Assembly (NCBI GenBank): GCA_000218705.1
Contig: GL947594.1
Coordinates: 1,308,002 to 1,372,001 of the forward strand
Source: Prochlorococcus marinus bv. HNLC1
GTDB taxonomy: Bacteria; Cyanobacteriota; Cyanobacteriia; PCC-6307; Cyanobiaceae
Length of the DNA stretch: 64,000 nt
Reading direction: 5' to 3'
Both the position numbers and the translations under genes were made by a program. Shown piece by piece: positions 35,012 to 53,527 of the stretch. The number at the start of each line of letters is the position of its first letter. Positions within the stretch are counted from its first letter, which is position 1. The notes under the pieces are model-generated. The model was not told where the DNA came from and made no database searches. It saw only the letters and a list, made by a program, of their open reading frames with translations.

Positions 35012-35785
35012 TTATTTATAAAATCCTTTCATCCCCATTGAATCAAGTGCTGTCTTTGCTTCTTCCATAACAGAGGGTTCAGAGTCAAATAAAGCAATTT
35101 TTGTACATTCATCTATAAATAATTCTTGCAATTTATTACTTAACATTTGATATAGCCTGCATAAAGACCAAATACAATTACTCCTAACAACAGGTTCATT
35201 ATCAATTTTAAGACTTATTAATAACTGCTCGGAAGCTAATTGAGCATTATCATTTGAAATACTGCCAATCTCTGCGAGAGAGCTTGAGGCCCAAAGCCTT
35301 ACAGATGAGACATCATTCTGTAAGGCTTGTATTAATGGGCGTAGTACAATTTGATTATCATAATTTGCTAAGCTCCAAGCTGTAGCTCTTCTAACATAAG
35401 CATTATCATCTGACTCTAACAAACTAACTAATTTACTTACAGCATCAGGACAAGGATTACGACCTAAAGCGTAAACAGCACTCATTCTCTCTACAGGGCA
35501 AGACTGATCTAATAATGGTAACAATAGAGGGAAAGACCTTTTATCACGATATTCACAAAAAATTTTTAAACCTTGAATTCGCTGGTCCTTATCTCCTTTC
35601 AAATATTCTAAAGCCTGATCACATTCAGATGAAATATCTAAATTATCTTTTGAGAAGCCATCTTTATCAATTTCCTCGAGAGGATCAACTTCAAAATCAA
35701 CAGCCAACTCTTTAGCTAAAATATCTGGATCAATAGCGATATCTGCCAAACCATCATCATTTAATTCTTTTTTGTAATTAATCAT
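35012..35785 (-). CDS. HEAT/PBS-lyase repeat protein (ATG at 35785; track start 35794)
   Basis: Repeats RMSAVYALG, VRRATAWSLA, VRLWASSSLA, VRSNCIWSL. Confidence 0.88.
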   Translation of the reverse strand: MINYKKELNDDGLADIAIDPDILAKELAVDFEVDPLEEIDKDGFSKDNLDISSECDQALEYLKGDKDQRIQGLKIFCEYRDKRSFPLLLPLLDQSCPVERMSAVYALGRNPCPDAVSKLVSLLESDDNAYVRRATAWSLANYDNQIVLRPLIQALQNDVSSVRLWASSSLAEIGSISNDNAQLASEQLLISLKIDNEPVVRSNCIWSLCRLYQMLSNKLQELFIDECTKIALFDSEPSVMEEAKTALDSMGMKGFYK

Positions 35786-35800
35786 TGAACACAAAAAGTA

Positions 35801-35926
35801 TTAATTAATAGGAGCAGGAGACATCATATCACCAGGCAACCAAATTCTTGCACTAACAGCAAAAAAAGCAACTCCAAAAAGAAGTACGATCGTTACAGGA
35901 AGTAATTTGGTTCGAATAAAGCTCAC
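35801..35926 (-). CDS. Small membrane protein, 41 aa (MSFIRTKLLPVTIVLLFGVAFFAVSARIWLPGDMMSPAPIN); not in ORF track
   Basis: GTG at 35926, TAA at 35801-35803; single TM helix; SARIWLPGDM..PAP tail recalled from cyanobacterial small proteins. Confidence 0.78.
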   Translation of the reverse strand: MSFIRTKLLPVTIVLLFGVAFFAVSARIWLPGDMMSPAPIN

Positions 35927-36005
35927 TAAATTTTTTTAATTTAATTAATACTAGCTTTTTTATTGAAGAATTAAAAATAATTACTAAAAATAGTTGATTT
36001 GATTT

Positions 36006-37223
<1,218 letters not shown>

Positions 37224-37247
37224 CTAATATTCAAAAATAATAATAGC

Positions 37248-41357
<4,110 letters not shown>

Positions 41358-41384
41358 TTATTAGTGTTAGATGTATTGTCTTGA

Positions 41385-43304
<1,920 letters not shown>

Positions 43305-43326
43305 TTAAAAGTGTTATTGATAGAAA

Positions 43327-46300
43327 TTAATCTTCTTCATACTCTGAAGTTCCCAATGATTCATAAGTTGGTCTTGAAGGAGTATTCCTTCTAGAATTAA
43401 CATCTTGCATTAAGTCAACTTCCTTACCCTCATCTGTATAAACAGAAATATCAAGACCTAAAGATTGTAGCTCTCTCATTAAAACTTTGAATGATTCAGG
43501 AGTTCCAGGTCTTGGTATTGGTTTACCTTTGACAATTGCATTAAGAGCTTCATTTCTACCTTGCATATCATCAGATTTAACTGTTAATAATTCTTGTAAG
43601 GTATATGCTGCTCCATATGCTTCTAATGCCCAAACTTCCATTTCACCTAAACGCTGACCACCCTGTTGAGCTTTTCCTCCAAGTGGTTGTTGTGTCACCA
43701 GTGAATAAGGCCCTGTAGAGCGAGCATGTATTTTATCATCTACTAAATGAACAAGCTTTAGGAAATGAGAGTACCCTACAGCGACTGGTTGATCAAAAGG
43801 TTCACCAGTTCTACCATCTATTAAAAGAAGTTTGCCAGGATCTTTTGGATTATAAACCCAATCTTTACCATCTTGTTTTGATGCTTCATTCAGAAACGCT
43901 TGAACTGTCTGATGTGATTTTTCAGGACCATACATTTCATCAAAAGGCACTACTTTTACTCTACAATTTAGATTAGAAGCCGCCCATCCCATAAGAAGCT
44001 CAAAAACTTGACCAACATTCATCCTGCTCGGCACTCCTAGAGGATTTAATACAATATCTACAGGTGTTCCATCTGGTAAGTAAGGCATATCTTCTCTAGG
44101 TAAAATCCTGCTTATGATACCTTTATTTCCATGCCTTCCAGCCATCTTGTCACCAACCTGTATCTTACGTCGTTGAGCTACATATACTCTTACAACCATA
44201 TTTGCGCCAGGGGGTAACTCATCTCCTTGCTCTCGAGTATATATTCTTACATCGACAACCCTACCTCTTTCTGTATTTGGAACTCTTAATGAATTATCTC
44301 TAACATCTCTAGCCTTTTCTCCAAATATTGCGCGCAAAAGTTTTTCTTCAGGTGGTTGATCAGATTCTCCTTTTGGTGTAACTTTACCAACTAATATATC
44401 TCCACTTTCAACAAAAGCTCCGATTCTTATAATCCCCATCTCATCAAGATTAGCAAGACTATCTTCAGATACATTGGGAATCTCCCTTGTAATTTCTTCA
44501 GGACCTAACTTAGTTTGCCTAGCCTCTATTTCGTATTTTTCAATATGAACAGAGGTATAAAGATCATCTGTAACTAACCTTTCACTAACAAGTATTGCAT
44601 CTTCATAATTATATCCTTCCCAAGGCATATAAGCTATCAGGACATTTTGTCCTAAAGCAATTTCACCTCCCTCGCAAGCAGATCCATCAGCTAAAACTTG
44701 TCCAGAAATAACTTTGTCTCCATTATTTACAATTGGCCTCTGATTTAAACAAGTATCCTGATTAGATCTTTGATATTTTTGTAATTGATGAACATGATCA
44801 TTACCTTCGTCGTCCCTTACAATAATTTCATTCGCATCTACGTAAGAGACCGTACCATTAACTTTAGTAATTGGGACCATCCCAGAATCTCTAGCAACCT
44901 GAGATTCAAGACCAGTACCAACAAGCGGCCTTTCAGGTCTTAAAAGAGGGACAGCCTGCCTTTGCATATTTGATCCCATCAGGGCCCTATTAGCATCATC
45001 ATGCTCTAAGAAAGGGATTAAAGATGTGGCTACAGAAATAACTTGAACAGGAGATAATTGAACATAATCAACTTGTAAAGGTGGTACTTTTTCAAAATCT
45101 TGGCGATATCTAACTGGAATTAAATCAGCCAATATTAATCCTTCTTCATCTGTCGCCACATCACCAGGAGCAACCCTACATTCATCTTCTAAATCAGCTG
45201 ATAAATAAATTGGATCGCCACTTTTCACAACCCTACCTTTATCAACCTTCCAAAATGGAGTTTCTATAAAACCATATTCATTTACCCTCGCATGAGTTGC
45301 TAAAGAATTTATAAGACCAGCGTTTGGACCCTCAGGGGTTTCAATGGGACAAAGTCTTCCATAATGAGAGGGATGTATATCTCTAACGGCGAAACCTGCT
45401 CTTTCTCTTGTAAGGCCTCCAGGGCCTAAAGCTGAAATTCTTCTTTTATGAGTCAATTCTGCGAGGGGATTTGTTTGATCCATAAATTGACTTAATTGAC
45501 TTGAACCAAAGAATTCTTTGATAGCAGCTACTAATGGCTTAGGATTAACTAATTGAGCAGGTGTTAGAGAATCAGTTTCGCCAACTGTCATTCTTTCCTT
45601 AATAATTCTTTCAAGCCTATTAAGGCCAACACGAACTTGATTTTGTAGTAATTCACCAACAGATCGAACTCTTCTATTACCTAAGTGATCAATATCATCC
45701 AGACTTGCACCCCCAATATCAAGTTCTAAATTAATTAGATAATCAATAGTAGAGAGAACATCTTCATGTGTCAAAGTCCTTATGTTATCTGGAACAGTTA
45801 GCCTAAGTTTTTTATTAATTTTGTATCTGCCTACTCTACCTAGATCGTATCTCTTAGGATCAAAAAAACGACTATGCAAAAGTTGTTGACCGCCAGAAAC
45901 AGAAGGTGGCTCACCTGGCCTTAATTTTTTGTAAAGCTCAAGCAAAGCTTGATCTTCAGAAGTTATTCCTTCTTCATTAGCAGAGTCAATTGAAGTTTTA
46001 TAAAATTCAGGATGTCTGAGTTTATCTATTACATCATTATCAGAGAGGCCCATAGCTCTCATAAGAACATGAGCATTTATTTTCCGAGTTTTGTCGACCC
46101 TTACATATAGTAAGTTATTTTTATCTGTTTCAAATTTTAACCAAGCACCTCTATTAGGAATAACACTTGCGTTATAGGTTCTTCTACCATTTTTATCCTG
46201 TTCATCTTTAAAATATACCCCAGGACTTCTTACTATTTGATTGACGATAACTCTTTCAGCTCCATTAATAATAAAAGTACCTCTTTCAGTCATTAAAGGT

Positions 46301-46620
46301 AATTCGCCAATAAACACTTCTTGCTCTTTAATTTCACCTGTTTCTTTATTAATAAGTCTACAAGTTACATACATTTGAGAAGCAAAAGTTGCATCTCTTC
46401 TTTTAGCTTCTTCAACATCATGCCTAGGTCTTTTTAAACGATATTCTTCACCTATAAAATGTAATTCGAGCTTACCTGTATAATCGGTAATTGGTGAAAA
46501 ATTCTGAAGTTCTTCAATTAAACCTTTTTCCAAAAACCATTTAAAACTTGCTCTCTGTACCTCTACTAAATCTGGTAAATAAGTAACTGTCTTTGTTACT
46601 TGTAAAGCGCTACTGCTCAT
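43327..46620 (-). CDS. rpoB: RNA polymerase beta subunit
   Basis: [27 protein letters not shown]. Confidence 0.99.
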   Translation of the reverse strand: MSSSALQVTKTVTYLPDLVEVQRASFKWFLEKGLIEELQNFSPITDYTGKLELHFIGEEYRLKRPRHDVEEAKRRDATFASQMYVTCRLINKETGEIKEQEVFIGELPLMTERGTFIINGAERVIVNQIVRSPGVYFKDEQDKNGRRTYNASVIPNRGAWLKFETDKNNLLYVRVDKTRKINAHVLMRAMGLSDNDVIDKLRHPEFYKTSIDSANEEGITSEDQALLELYKKLRPGEPPSVSGGQQLLHSRFFDPKRYDLGRVGRYKINKKLRLTVPDNIRTLTHEDVLSTIDYLINLELDIGGASLDDIDHLGNRRVRSVGELLQNQVRVGLNRLERIIKERMTVGETDSLTPAQLVNPKPLVAAIKEFFGSSQLSQFMDQTNPLAELTHKRRISALGPGGLTRERAGFAVRDIHPSHYGRLCPIETPEGPNAGLINSLATHARVNEYGFIETPFWKVDKGRVVKSGDPIYLSADLEDECRVAPGDVATDEEGLILADLIPVRYRQDFEKVPPLQVDYVQLSPVQVISVATSLIPFLEHDDANRALMGSNMQRQAVPLLRPERPLVGTGLESQVARDSGMVPITKVNGTVSYVDANEIIVRDDEGNDHVHQLQKYQRSNQDTCLNQRPIVNNGDKVISGQVLADGSACEGGEIALGQNVLIAYMPWEGYNYEDAILVSERLVTDDLYTSVHIEKYEIEARQTKLGPEEITREIPNVSEDSLANLDEMGIIRIGAFVESGDILVGKVTPKGESDQPPEEKLLRAIFGEKARDVRDNSLRVPNTERGRVVDVRIYTREQGDELPPGANMVVRVYVAQRRKIQVGDKMAGRHGNKGIISRILPREDMPYLPDGTPVDIVLNPLGVPSRMNVGQVFELLMGWAASNLNCRVKVVPFDEMYGPEKSHQTVQAFLNEASKQDGKDWVYNPKDPGKLLLIDGRTGEPFDQPVAVGYSHFLKLVHLVDDKIHARSTGPYSLVTQQPLGGKAQQGGQRLGEMEVWALEAYGAAYTLQELLTVKSDDMQGRNEALNAIVKGKPIPRPGTPESFKVLMRELQSLGLDISVYTDEGKEVDLMQDVNSRRNTPSRPTYESLGTSEYEED

Positions 46621-46797
46621 CCAATAGAATCCTGGGTTTTTTAAGATTTACTTTTAAATTTACTTAAATTATAGATTTTAAGGATAAATTTTGAAATGTT
46701 TATCATTAAATTTGAATAGTTAAAAAGTAAATTAACTAGCCATAATTTAAAAATTTAAGAAAATTAGCCAGTAATTTTTCATTCTAGCAGATATCTC

Positions 46798-47592
46798 TCA
46801 TTTTACCAAATCAAATTTAAACAAATTTTCAGCATTTTGTGTTGATTCGCTTGCAATTACGTCAATTTCAGATGATCTTATTGTTGCTATTGCTTTTGCC
46901 ACACTCTCAACAAATGCAGGTTCATTCCTTTTACCGCGATAGGGAACCGGGGCTAAAAAAGGTGAATCTGTTTCAATAAGATACTTATCACTAGGTACTA
47001 ATCTAGCACAATCATGGGTTTCGTTAGCTTTTGGGAAAGTCACTATGCCGCTAAAGCTTATATAAAATCCTAGTTCTAAAAATTCTTGCATTTCATCAAC
47101 TGTTCCACTCCAGCAATGCAAAACTCCTTTTGGACAAATATTATTTTTTTTTAAGTCTTTACAGATATTTATCATTTCATCAGCTGCATCCCTGCAATGA
47201 ATGATTACAGGCAAATCAGATTCAAATGCTAATTTCATCTGAGGTAAAAGAGCAGCTATTTGAGTTTCAATATCATTATTCTTAAAAAGATCTAAACCCA
47301 TTTCTCCAATTGCAACAATTCTATTATCATTCTTAATTGCTTCTCTTAAAACATATTCAGATTGTGAGTCCCACTTATTTGCATCAAGAGGATGTAAACC
47401 AACTGAATAATATATTTCTGAAAACCTATTTGCAATTTTTTGCATTTTTGGAATATCTGATAGTTCTACACAGGCATGAAGAAGTTTTTTAACACCTTTA
47501 GATCTCCATCGACAAGCAACTTCATCTATATCATCTAAAAAATTTTCAAAAATAAGATGACAATGTGAATCAATTAAATTGATTTCTTCCAT
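46798..47592 (-). CDS. tatD: TatD family metal-dependent nuclease
   Basis: DSHCH, GLHP, IGEMGLD, IIHCR, LHC, ETDSPFLAP. Confidence 0.94.
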   Translation of the reverse strand: MEEINLIDSHCHLIFENFLDDIDEVACRWRSKGVKKLLHACVELSDIPKMQKIANRFSEIYYSVGLHPLDANKWDSQSEYVLREAIKNDNRIVAIGEMGLDLFKNNDIETQIAALLPQMKLAFESDLPVIIHCRDAADEMINICKDLKKNNICPKGVLHCWSGTVDEMQEFLELGFYISFSGIVTFPKANETHDCARLVPSDKYLIETDSPFLAPVPYRGKRNEPAFVESVAKAIATIRSSEIDVIASESTQNAENLFKFDLVK

Positions 47593-47610
47593 TATTAAAA
47601 GTTGATTTAT

Positions 47611-47901
47611 CTAACTTTTTAATGTGTTTTTAACTAAGTTATTAATCCTTGATTTTTTATTAGCTCCATTGTTTTTATGCAAAACATTTTTTTTAACAGC
47701 TTTATCAATTAAACTAAAAGCTTGATTAAGACTAGTATTAATTAGTTCTTGATTTTCAGAATTAGGATCTTTTTTATAATTTTCACAATTAACCATAGTT
47801 TTCTTTATTAAAGTCCTTACTGTAGATTTATAGGACTTGTTAACTTGTCGATTTCTTTCTGCTACGAGAATTCTTTTTTTTGCTGATTTGTTATTTGCCA
47901 C
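47611..47901 (-). CDS. rpsT: 30S ribosomal protein S20
   Basis: ANNKSAKKR, IDKAVKKNVLHKN. Confidence 0.98.
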   Translation of the reverse strand: MANNKSAKKRILVAERNRQVNKSYKSTVRTLIKKTMVNCENYKKDPNSENQELINTSLNQAFSLIDKAVKKNVLHKNNGANKKSRINNLVKNTLKS

Positions 47902-48016
47902 AGAAATAGCTTTGATTTATACTTAATTACTATATCAAAAGATAAGACTTCTGATCAATAATATTTTTACATACTCCTAATTCTCTCAAACTACTAAATT
48001 TACAATCCAAAACAAA

Positions 48017-49303
48017 ATGAATATAGTCAATAATGAAATTGAAATCTTAAATGAACTTAAGAGAATCGAAAATAGAATAAATTTAGAAAATAATGAAGAA
48101 GTTAATACAACTGTAAAAAAAATTCTTGAAGATGTAAAAAATCAAGGTGATGAAGCTTTAAAAAAATATACTTTAAAATTTGATGGATTTAATCCAGATC
48201 CTCTAAGTGTTTCCAAAAAAGAAATTGCAAAAGCATGGGAGACAACAACGAAGCCTTTACAGGAAGCCCTAAAAAATGCAAAACATCGAATTGAAAAATT
48301 TCATGAGAAAGAGATCCCTAAATCCTTTTCTATAAAAGGAATATACGGCGAAGATGTTCAGCGCAAATGGCTCCCTGTACAAAAAGCTGGATTATATGTT
48401 CCAGGAGGTAGAGCATCATACCCAAGTACAGTTCTTATGAATGCTATTCCTGCTAAAGTGGCTGGTGTGAAAGAAATAATAATGGTTTCACCTGCTAATT
48501 CAGAGGGTGAAATTAATAAAACTGTATTAGCGGCAGCCCATATATGTGATATTGAAAATATTTTCAAGGTTGGTGGAGCACAAGCTATCGCTGCTTTAGC
48601 ATTTGGTACAAAACAGATAAGTAGAGTAGATGTTATTTCCGGTCCAGGAAATATTTTTGTAACAACAGCAAAAAAATTAATTTTTGGATCAACTGGTATT
48701 GATTCACTTGCAGGACCAAGTGAAATTTTAATAATTGCAGATGATAGTGCCAACAGCTCTCAGTTGGCATCAGATTTATTGGCACAAGCAGAACATGATC
48801 CTTTTGCTTCTGCAATTCTTTTAACTACAAGCGATTCAGTTGCTAAAGATGTCAGTACTAATATCTATAAAAAATTAGAAAATCATCCAAGAAAAGAAAT
48901 TTGCATGAGATCAATAAAGGACTGGGGGTTAATAGGAGTTTGCGACAATCTTGAAACATGCATTAAATTCAGTAACCAGTTTGCTCCAGAACATCTTGAA
49001 ATAATGACTATTAATCCAAAACAACTTGTGGATAAAATAGAAAATGCCGGAGCAATTTTCTTAGGTAAATGGACACCAGAGGCAGTTGGTGATTATATCG
49101 CTGGACCAAACCATACTTTGCCAACATCAGGAAATGCAAGATTTAGTGGTGCTTTAGGTGTAGAAACTTTTATGAAAAATTCTTCAATTATTGAATTTAC
49201 TCAACAAAGTTTACAAAGTAATAGTGAAGACATTATTAATCTTGCCACAAGCGAAGGCCTCTACAGTCACGCTGATTCTGTCAGAGTTAGATTTGAAGAT
49301 TAA
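48017..49303 (+). CDS. hisD: Histidinol dehydrogenase
   Basis: [42 protein letters not shown]. Confidence 0.98.
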   Translation: MNIVNNEIEILNELKRIENRINLENNEEVNTTVKKILEDVKNQGDEALKKYTLKFDGFNPDPLSVSKKEIAKAWETTTKPLQEALKNAKHRIEKFHEKEIPKSFSIKGIYGEDVQRKWLPVQKAGLYVPGGRASYPSTVLMNAIPAKVAGVKEIIMVSPANSEGEINKTVLAAAHICDIENIFKVGGAQAIAALAFGTKQISRVDVISGPGNIFVTTAKKLIFGSTGIDSLAGPSEILIIADDSANSSQLASDLLAQAEHDPFASAILLTTSDSVAKDVSTNIYKKLENHPRKEICMRSIKDWGLIGVCDNLETCIKFSNQFAPEHLEIMTINPKQLVDKIENAGAIFLGKWTPEAVGDYIAGPNHTLPTSGNARFSGALGVETFMKNSSIIEFTQQSLQSNSEDIINLATSEGLYSHADSVRVRFED

Positions 49304-50013
49304 TTAACTCTCTCGGGTGAATATACAACAGTTTGATTATTTTCGACTTTTCCTACTAAAACTTTATAAGTTAAATCAACAAATAAACCGTTTTCAAGGA
49401 CTCCTGGAATATTATTGATCTGCAGTTCAATTTCTTTTGGATTGTTTATACCGCCATTAAATAAAACATCCAATATTAAATTACCCTCATCAGTAACCAC
49501 GGGACCAGCTTTTTTTTCTGCCATCCTTAATTTACATTGAGCATCCATGTTCTCTATCACATCTTTAACTTGTTTCCAAGCTGATGGTAGAACCTCAACA
49601 GGGAGGGGAAATTCTTCATTTAGATTTTTAACTAATTTTGTTTGATCAACCACAATTAATAATTTATTAGCTTTGCTAGCAACTAATTTTTCTCTTACGT
49701 GGCAGGCACCCCCTCCTTTAATAAGTTGATAAGCAGGATTAACTTCATCTGCACCATCAATAGCTAAGTCAATTTGATCAACTGAAACTAAATCAATCAA
49801 CGGGATACCCAATTCAAGAGCTAAAACTTCTGACTGAAATGAAGTTGGGACCCCTCTTATTTCTTTTAATTCCCCAGCTTTAATTTTGTTAGCAAGAGTT
49901 TTTATCATGATTGCTGCTGTAGATCCAGATCCAAGACCTACAATCATGTTGCTAGTAACTTCATTTACAGCTGCTTCAGCAACTGCTTTTTTCATTTGAT
50001 TTTGTAAATCCAA
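49300..50013 (-). CDS. rpiA: Ribose-5-phosphate isomerase A
   Basis: [25 protein letters not shown]. Confidence 0.98.
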   Translation of the reverse strand: MDLQNQMKKAVAEAAVNEVTSNMIVGLGSGSTAAIMIKTLANKIKAGELKEIRGVPTSFQSEVLALELGIPLIDLVSVDQIDLAIDGADEVNPAYQLIKGGGACHVREKLVASKANKLLIVVDQTKLVKNLNEEFPLPVEVLPSAWKQVKDVIENMDAQCKLRMAEKKAGPVVTDEGNLILDVLFNGGINNPKEIELQINNIPGVLENGLFVDLTYKVLVGKVENNQTVVYSPERVN

Positions 50014-50060
50014 AGTTTTATAAAAATTTTTACTTTAGATTATAAATTTGAGTGAGTACT

Positions 50061-51237
<1,177 letters not shown>

Positions 51238-51343
51238 TTAATTTTTTAAATTTTTGTTTATTCAAGGACATCTTTAGTCTTGATTTGTATGAGAAAACTT
51301 TTGTATAATTAGTGAAATAAGATTATTTCTAATTAATTCTAAA

Positions 51344-51811
51344 TTGATAAAAGATAACAAAAGTAACTTAGAAAATCTAATTAAAGAAATTGCAAAGAGT
51401 TTTAAATACGAAATTCATAGTATAAATTTGTTAACAAATCATAATCCCCTGACAATACAAATTATCCTTAAAAATCTAGATGGTAATGATATTACTCTGG
51501 ATGATTGTTTACGTTTTAATGAACCTGTTTTGTCTGCAATTGATTCATCTAATCTTCTTAATTGTAGATATGTTTTAGAAATTAGTAGTCAAGGAGTCAG
51601 TGATGAATTAACCTCTAATAGAGACTTCAAAACTTTTAAAGGTTTTCCAGTTAGAGTTGAATTAAATCAAAATAATTCAAAAATTAAAAATTTGAATGGT
51701 TTGCTTTATGAAAAGTCTAATGATTATTTAGCCATTAATATTAAAGGTAAAATACAAAAAATTCCCTTTAATGAAGTAATGAAGGTTAGTCTTGCTACAA
51801 TAAAAGACTAA
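51344..51811 (+). CDS. rimP: Ribosome maturation factor RimP
   Basis: [16 protein letters not shown]; precedes nusA. Confidence 0.92.
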   Translation: MIKDNKSNLENLIKEIAKSFKYEIHSINLLTNHNPLTIQIILKNLDGNDITLDDCLRFNEPVLSAIDSSNLLNCRYVLEISSQGVSDELTSNRDFKTFKGFPVRVELNQNNSKIKNLNGLLYEKSNDYLAINIKGKIQKIPFNEVMKVSLATIKD

Positions 51812-51846
51812 TCTAGCTCAATTTCAATTTAATTTACCCATCGTAG

Positions 51847-53202
51847 ATGGCATTAGTAATTCTCCCAGGTTTAAACAATCTTATTGATGACATAAGTGAG
51901 GAAAAAAAATTACCTCCTCAAGTTGTCGAAGCAGCTTTGCGTGAAGCTCTTTTAAAAGGTTATGAAAAGTATAGACGTACTTTTTACATAGGAACTAAAG
52001 AAGATCCTTTTGATGAGGAATACTTTAGTAATTTCGATGTAGGATTGGACCTTGAGGAAGAAGGTTATAGAATTTTGGCAAGCAAGATTATTGTAGAAGA
52101 AGTTGAAAGTGAAGATCACCAAATCTCTTTAATGGAAGTTCAACAAGTTGCTGATGATGCTCAAATTGGAGATACAGTAGTTTTAGATGTTACTCCTGAT
52201 AAGGAAGACTTCGGGAGAATGGCAGCTTCAACGACAAAACAAGTTTTAGCTCAAAAACTTAGAGATCAGCAAAGAAAAATGATTCAAGAAGAATTTGCTG
52301 ATTTAGAGGATCCTGTTTTAACAGCAAGGGTTATTAGATTTGAAAGACAATCTGTCATAATGGCAGTTAGTTCTGGTATTGGTAGACCAGAAGTAGAAGC
52401 AGAGTTACCTAAGAGAGATCAATTACCCAATGATAACTATAGAGCTAATGCTACTTTTAAAGTTTTTTTAAAAGAAGTTAGTGAAATAGCTAGAAAAGGT
52501 CCACAGCTTTTTGTTAGCAGAGCTAATGCAGGCTTAGTAGTTTATTTATTTGAAAATGAGGTACCTGAAATCCAGGAAGGTTCTGTAAAAATAGTTGCTG
52601 TATCAAGGGAAGCAAATCCACCTTCAAGAGCTGTAGGACCAAGAACTAAAGTCGCAGTTGATAGTATAGAAAGAGAAGTTGATCCCGTTGGAGCTTGTAT
52701 TGGAGCAAGAGGAGCTAGGATACAACAAGTAGTTAATGAACTTAGAGGTGAAAAAATAGATGTTATAAAATGGTCTTCAGATCCAATTCAATATATTTTA
52801 AATTCCCTTAGTCCAGCAAAAGTTGATTTAGTAAGATTAGTTGATCCTGAAGGTCAACACGCACATGTATTAGTTCCACCAGATCAACTCAGTCTCGCAA
52901 TTGGTAGAGAAGGTCAAAATGTCAGATTAGCAGCAAGATTAACTGGTTGGAAAATTGATGTTAAAAATTCACATGAATATGACCAAGACTCAGAAGATGC
53001 AGCAGTCGCTGAATTAATTGAACAAAGAGAAGAAGAAGAAAGTCTACAAAAAGAGGCGGAAAAGAAATTTGAGGCTGAACAAGCGGCAAGAGCAGAAGAA
53101 GATGCAAGATTAAGAGAACTATATCCTTTACCAGAAGATGAAGAAGAGATTGATGAGCCTTATGAAGAAGAAATAGTATCATCAGAGGAAAGAACACGGT
53201 GA
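51847..53202 (+). CDS. nusA: Transcription factor NusA
   Basis: FGRMAA, SREANPP..GPRTKVAV, LAIGREGQNVRLAARLTGWKID. Confidence 0.98.
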   Translation: MALVILPGLNNLIDDISEEKKLPPQVVEAALREALLKGYEKYRRTFYIGTKEDPFDEEYFSNFDVGLDLEEEGYRILASKIIVEEVESEDHQISLMEVQQVADDAQIGDTVVLDVTPDKEDFGRMAASTTKQVLAQKLRDQQRKMIQEEFADLEDPVLTARVIRFERQSVIMAVSSGIGRPEVEAELPKRDQLPNDNYRANATFKVFLKEVSEIARKGPQLFVSRANAGLVVYLFENEVPEIQEGSVKIVAVSREANPPSRAVGPRTKVAVDSIEREVDPVGACIGARGARIQQVVNELRGEKIDVIKWSSDPIQYILNSLSPAKVDLVRLVDPEGQHAHVLVPPDQLSLAIGREGQNVRLAARLTGWKIDVKNSHEYDQDSEDAAVAELIEQREEEESLQKEAEKKFEAEQAARAEEDARLRELYPLPEDEEEIDEPYEEEIVSSEERTR

Positions 53203-53458
53203 AGAAGAAAAGATCTATTTTGCGTAGGTGCATTTCTTGTAGAGAAATTTTTGACAGAGTTAATATGTTAAAAATTACTCATGAAAACAAATCAGGAATT
53301 TTTATAAATTCAGGGATTGGACGTTCAGCTTACATATGTAAAACAAAAAATTGCACCAAGATCCTAAATTAAAAAAAAATCTTCAAAGAGCTTTAAAAAC
53401 AAATTTTGATCATAAATTTTATGAGGTTTTTATAATCGAAACGCAAAACTACAAATAA
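53199..53458 (+). CDS. ylxR: YlxR/RnpM (DUF448) family protein; one base missing near 53358-53359; not in ORF track
   Basis: GTGA overlap with nusA stop; RRCISCR and GRSAYIC motifs; shifted frame DPKLKKNLQRALK...NYK*. Confidence 0.85.
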
Positions 53459-53527
53459 CTTTCCAAAAAAGGAATATAATTAAATTAAAGTTCTTCATTT
53501 AATTATTGAGAACATATTTCCAACTCA

